Assembly (NCBI GenBank): GCA_965233585.1
Contig: CBDDTI010000069.1
Location: 1 to 13,424, forward strand
From: a bacterium
GTDB taxonomy: Bacteria > SAR324 > NAC60-12
Length of the DNA: 13,424 bases
Direction of reading: 5' to 3'
The notes under the pieces were generated by a model that worked only from the letters and a program-made list of their open reading frames with translations, was not told the origin of the DNA and searched no databases. Below, in pieces: positions 9,476 through 13,424 of the stretch (within the stretch, counting starts at the first letter, position 1; every line of letters starts with the position of its first letter). Made by a program: the position numbers and the translations under genes.

Positions 9476-10262
9476 AATCGCGCGAGTAATTTCAAAATCA
9501 GACAAGTACTCCCTGAACTGTACGACATAAGGTTTAATTACTAATTAATGGTAGCTATAACAAATTTCGGATTAAAAATGTCTTTTGAGAACTTCTTTTG
9601 AGCGAAAACGTCTGAAGCGCTTTTCATAAGTTTTGAAAACTGAGCGCGCGTAATTGACGTGAAAGTCACGTGGGCATCCAATTTCAAAAAATTCTAATTG
9701 GAGACCCATGCGATCGTGCGGGGATTACGTGACTAATAAGATACATGAAAAAATTACTTGATTCTGATCGATTGGCTGAGAGCAGTGCAGTTCAAGTATG
9801 GCACCAGTGCAAAAAGTGTAACACCGGTGCAAATTACACATCATTATTCCAGATATGATTTTGATTTGCTGCCATATGGACAATGGGAAATTTTCTAAGA
9901 CAATGATATCAAGTGAAACAATGACAAAAATTTTATAGGGAAACTTTGAAAGATATACAAAAATATGGCTTCAAGAAAGATCTTCAGGCACTTCCTCTAG
10001 GCGAATTTTTTCATGTTTATATTATTAAAAAGTAATCATACGGTTTTTTTCTCGTTTAATTTGGAATTAATTTGCACTTGTAAGTTTTTCAAAAAGCTAA
10101 AATTGTACTCGCCGAAGCGGCTCGTGCAATTTCAGCTTTTTAAAAAAATCACTCGTGCAAATTAATTCCAAATTGAACTCGAAAGTCGAAACCGTGTGAT
10201 TACCCATACAAATAGGCGCGCGGAAAACTAATCACGATTGAGAATTTGCTATAGATACGATT
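9476..10262 (-). mobile_element. Second, inverted and diverged copy of the 9071-9435 element, interrupted at 9734-10209
   Basis: The reverse complement aligns with 9071-9435. Examples: AATCGCGCGAGTAATTTCAAAATC vs GATTTTGAAATTACTCTCGCGATT, and CTATAGATACGATT vs AATCGTATCTATA. Confidence 0.75.
9734..10209. mobile_element. Bipartite element: IR-bounded module plus 172-bp hairpin (Crypton-like by inference)
   Basis: IR TAATAAGATACATGAAAAAATT (9734) / AATTTTTTCATGTTTATATTATTA (to 10027); hairpin 10032-10203 with apex GCCGAAGCGGC. Removal restores the host sequence GATTACGTGAC|AAATAGGCGCG. Confidence 0.75.
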
Positions 10263-10543
10263 AACTATAAAATAATTAGTACATGCATGGTGTGATGTTT
10301 GTGGAGCATTGAGCAACGCAACATTCCAAACGCGTTTGTAAAACTTTTCACTGTGGTCTACCCATAATGTCACAAGCTTTAATGTCATCATCACATTTTT
10401 TTAGAATTTCTTACGGGAGCGGAGAACCCTCAAAACAGTAGCATTGTTCTTGTTCCGCATTTATTTTACAAGGAACCTGTGAAATGAGAATCATTGTTTT
10501 TAAATTAAAATCTGAATCCGAGTCTTGTATATTTCCCGTTCAG

Positions 10544-10714
10544 GAGTGACGCACAGAGATCTCAAACTTGAAAACATTCTTCTCTCTGAGGACAACCTGC
10601 CTATTGTAACAGACTTCGGTTTCGCTCGTTACATCGGTCACAAAGAGAATCAGAGAGTGCGAAGTAGAACCTTCTGTGGTTCGTACGCGTACGTGGCCCC
10701 TGAGATACTTCAAG
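10544..10714 (+). CDS. TSSK: TSSK-like kinase, coding exon 3
   Basis: TTCAG| acceptor. Contains HRDLKLENILL, DFGFAR and SRTFCGSYAYVAPEILQ. Donor G|GTAATG, phase 1. Confidence 0.95.
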
Positions 10715-11379
10715 GTAATGGTAAAAAAATAGATTCTCCTACCTGACCTCCACATAACTGTTGTAGTTCTATATGGAGAATTCAGTACACCAACACAATC
10801 TCATGTTGGTTGAAGATACTAGTGGTCACACTATAATCTTTTGCTCTCAGGACACGTGACGTGATGACAAGACATCTGTGGGAAACTTAAATTTGCCAGT
10901 GTGACTGATTTTTCCCAAAATAAATTACCTTGGTGAAAACTAGTCGTCCCTTGCAATTGAGGAGATGACTGTATAACCACCGGTTTTGATTAAAACAAAC
11001 TGATATGTTTTGAACCGGAACACTTCTTTAAATCACATTATGGGTAAGTCTTGAAAACTGCGAGGATTTGGAAACATCTGTGCATGAGAATCAGAACAGG
11101 TGGTTGTGAACAGTTTAGCCCACTGGAAGACCTTCTAATACTTCGTTATGTTCGTAACTGTATAAAAAAATCTTTAAGAGGACTAATTTTCGCAACTGAC
11201 GTGGCAACCTTGTAAATACTGTTATGAGTTCAGTGAAGAATCCACCTGTGGACAACTGTGAGTATTTTGTTGGGTCAACTTGAGGTCGCTTACCGTTGCG
11301 CTGAGAATGAAGTCCTGAAGAGAGAGAAGAAACCTTCAGACCAAAATACTAGTACAAGTGTTACGCCTGCGCAAAATCA

Positions 11380-11695
<316 letters not shown>

Positions 11696-11923
11696 CACAT
11701 GTTATTGCACCGAACACAAATCAGAGCGAGGGCTCTGAAAACTAGATATTTGAAAGTCGTTTTGTTGCTCATACCGCAATGTGATTCATGTGCCGAACCT
11801 AACAGCCCAAATAAAGTACATAACAAGATCGACGTTTGAATCTCTTAAGTTCGACAGATGTTACTTGGGTCGACCCCAGAATTAAGTTCGACATGGCTAG
11901 TCGGTCAGTTCGACTACGAAGCA

Positions 11924-12627
11924 ACTCCGATTCAAACGTCAAACTTTTCATGTGCCGAACCTGATGCATATATTACCCAGAGTTCTGCTCGTTTCCTATT
12001 TTTGTCATGTGCAAATGGCTTGTTTTGCTCTTTTGGAACAAAATGCTCGAAGAGCCCGGACGATATGTGTTCCTCTTACTTCGAGAGCACGAAATATGCT
12101 TGATTGATGTGCATACGGCCACTTCTGTATGTACTGCTCCGTATTTGAAAACGATGAGACAGTAGTGGGTTACAAACAGGCAGTTCGGTAATGTACGGCG
12201 AGTCATGTTGAGAGAAAATGACAAAATAAATGAATCTTGAAGAAACCGACGACAGGTACGAGCTGGACGAGGAACTGTGATGTTCCTTTGGGAATGAGCG
12301 ATAATATCAGGCAAACCAAATTCAAACTCGTCTTTGGTTGTTTAATCCTAACTGCATCTGAAGTCATCTTCTTCGACTTGTTCTACCCTCCTTTAACGCA
12401 TTTGCAAGAAAAGCAAGCTGTTCATTTCCACAATTTGTCTTTCCCATATTTTTTCCGCCATTTAGGTCAGCAGTAACCGGCGTCGTTTGAAAATTTCCCT
12501 TTTATTTTTGCAATCAAGTTCGATTAAATTGGGTTCGCCGTTTGAATTAACTGCCGAACTTAATTATTTAGGTCAACCTGAATTGGTATTAGGTTCGGTG
12601 CATGTAGTTCGAAGTTTGAACTGGGCC
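11924..12627. mobile_element. Old Harbinger/PIF-like non-autonomous element
   Basis: TTCAAACGTCAAACTTTTCATGTGCCGAACCTGAT (from 11931) mirrors ATTAGGTTCGGTGCATGTAGTTCGAAGTTTGAACTGGGCC (to 12627). An extra TCATGTGCCGAACCT at 11786 suggests it may extend to ~11770. Confidence 0.55.
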
Positions 12628-12725
12628 TTTAAGGTTCCCCTGAATCCATCGAACAGTAAAATCTTGAACGGCAAAGGCCATTCGATGCAGTATAACAGCT
12701 CCCTCTTTCGTATCTCTTGTGTAAG

Positions 12726-12895
12726 GTATTCCATACGATGGCTTGGCTAGCGATGTGTGGAGTCTCGGTGTAGTTCTGTATACCATTGTTTGTGGCCGTT
12801 TTCCGTTTGATGACTCTAACCCTCAACAGCTTTTGGAGGAAACAACCTCTGGTAAACTGGAATATCCCGTCACGGCTTTCAAGCTCTCAGCTCAG
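12726..12895 (+). CDS. TSSK: TSSK-like kinase, coding exon 4 (gene continues beyond the window)
   Basis: Pyrimidine tract plus AAG| acceptor. Reads GIPYDGLASDVWSLGVVLYTIVCGRFPFDDSN...LSAQ. Donor CAG|GTAACA, phase 0. Subdomain XI was not seen in the window. Confidence 0.92.
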
Positions 12896-12981
12896 GTAAC
12901 ACAGTTAACAAAATCTGTGCCAACTGTCTTCCTTCAGCTTCCTTCCCATCACCATCACATCTCAGAAATGAACCACATCTA

Positions 12982-13047
12982 CAACCTCGTTCCCAGAGCC
13001 TTTAACCAGCCCCCAAGCCAGGGTAAAGGCCACTGGAAACGAAATTA
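12982..13047. mobile_element. Tiny degenerate MITE (CAACCTCGTTCCCAG-type)
   Basis: CAACCTCGTTCCCAGAGCCTTT / AAAGGCCACTGGAAACGAAATTA form an imperfect IR around a ~20-bp spacer. Confidence 0.5.
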
Positions 13048-13424
13048 GGTAACCTATTGGGTTTTTATGAATGTTGTGCCGCGTAGCACATACCTTTTGT
13101 GGTTCCTTGATTCGCTTTACTAGGACTAACGCCCAGTGCTCAAGTGAATTAAGGAAAGGGTCTCGCTATATTTTGGAGAGGGCGGTCTAATTTAGGCCAT
13201 CCCCATGAAATGTTTCGTTTCCCATCGCCCGACCGACCCATTTTTTTGGAAAAGTTAAAAAAAAATTCAGAATCACTTGTAAAGAAGCAAGTACTTTAGT
13301 TTACAAGCACACGATCTTGTCTTATTAACATCAATTGTCGTAAATTATCATCGATACTTCGTTTTTGTAGCCTTTTTAGACATTTGGTAGTCCTGTTCCT
13401 GTTATACCATCTGATTACGAACGA

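Noticed and set aside
12896..13048. In-frame C-terminal extension with His5 (VTQLTK...HHHHH)
   Set aside because: It follows a good CAG|GTAACA donor, lacks kinase subdomain XI and runs into a small MITE, so it is intron read-through.
13192..13424. Left end of another DNA transposon (TTA|GGCCA...CCCGACCGACCC)
   Set aside because: Plausible, but the partner terminus is not in the window, so it cannot be supported.

Overview
Eukaryotic genomic DNA. The repeat families resemble those of cnidarians, probably a stony coral (inference). The right half holds the first four coding exons of a TSSK-family Ser/Thr kinase on the + strand: join(6167..6430, 8468..8714, 10544..10714, 12726..12895), 284 codons, all GT-AG and phase-compatible. 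The gene continues past the window and begins with an unusual hydrophobic N-terminal anchor. Most of the rest is transposon-derived. At 1-1760 is the 3' end of a Penelope-like retroelement (Cys-rich linker, GIY-YIG endonuclease, minimal hammerhead ribozyme), split by a 746-bp MITE. At ~1846-3924 is a 5-6-level nest of elements: CAC-ended foldback MITE > TTAA element > Helentron-like element > Harbinger-like MITE > tRNA-derived SINE. A (GTCA)n microsatellite and a second, antisense Penelope fragment (15-bp target duplication, variant hammerhead) follow. The introns carry a 420-bp foldback and several bipartite hairpin elements without target-site duplications. Most ORFs in the supplied track are repeat artefacts.
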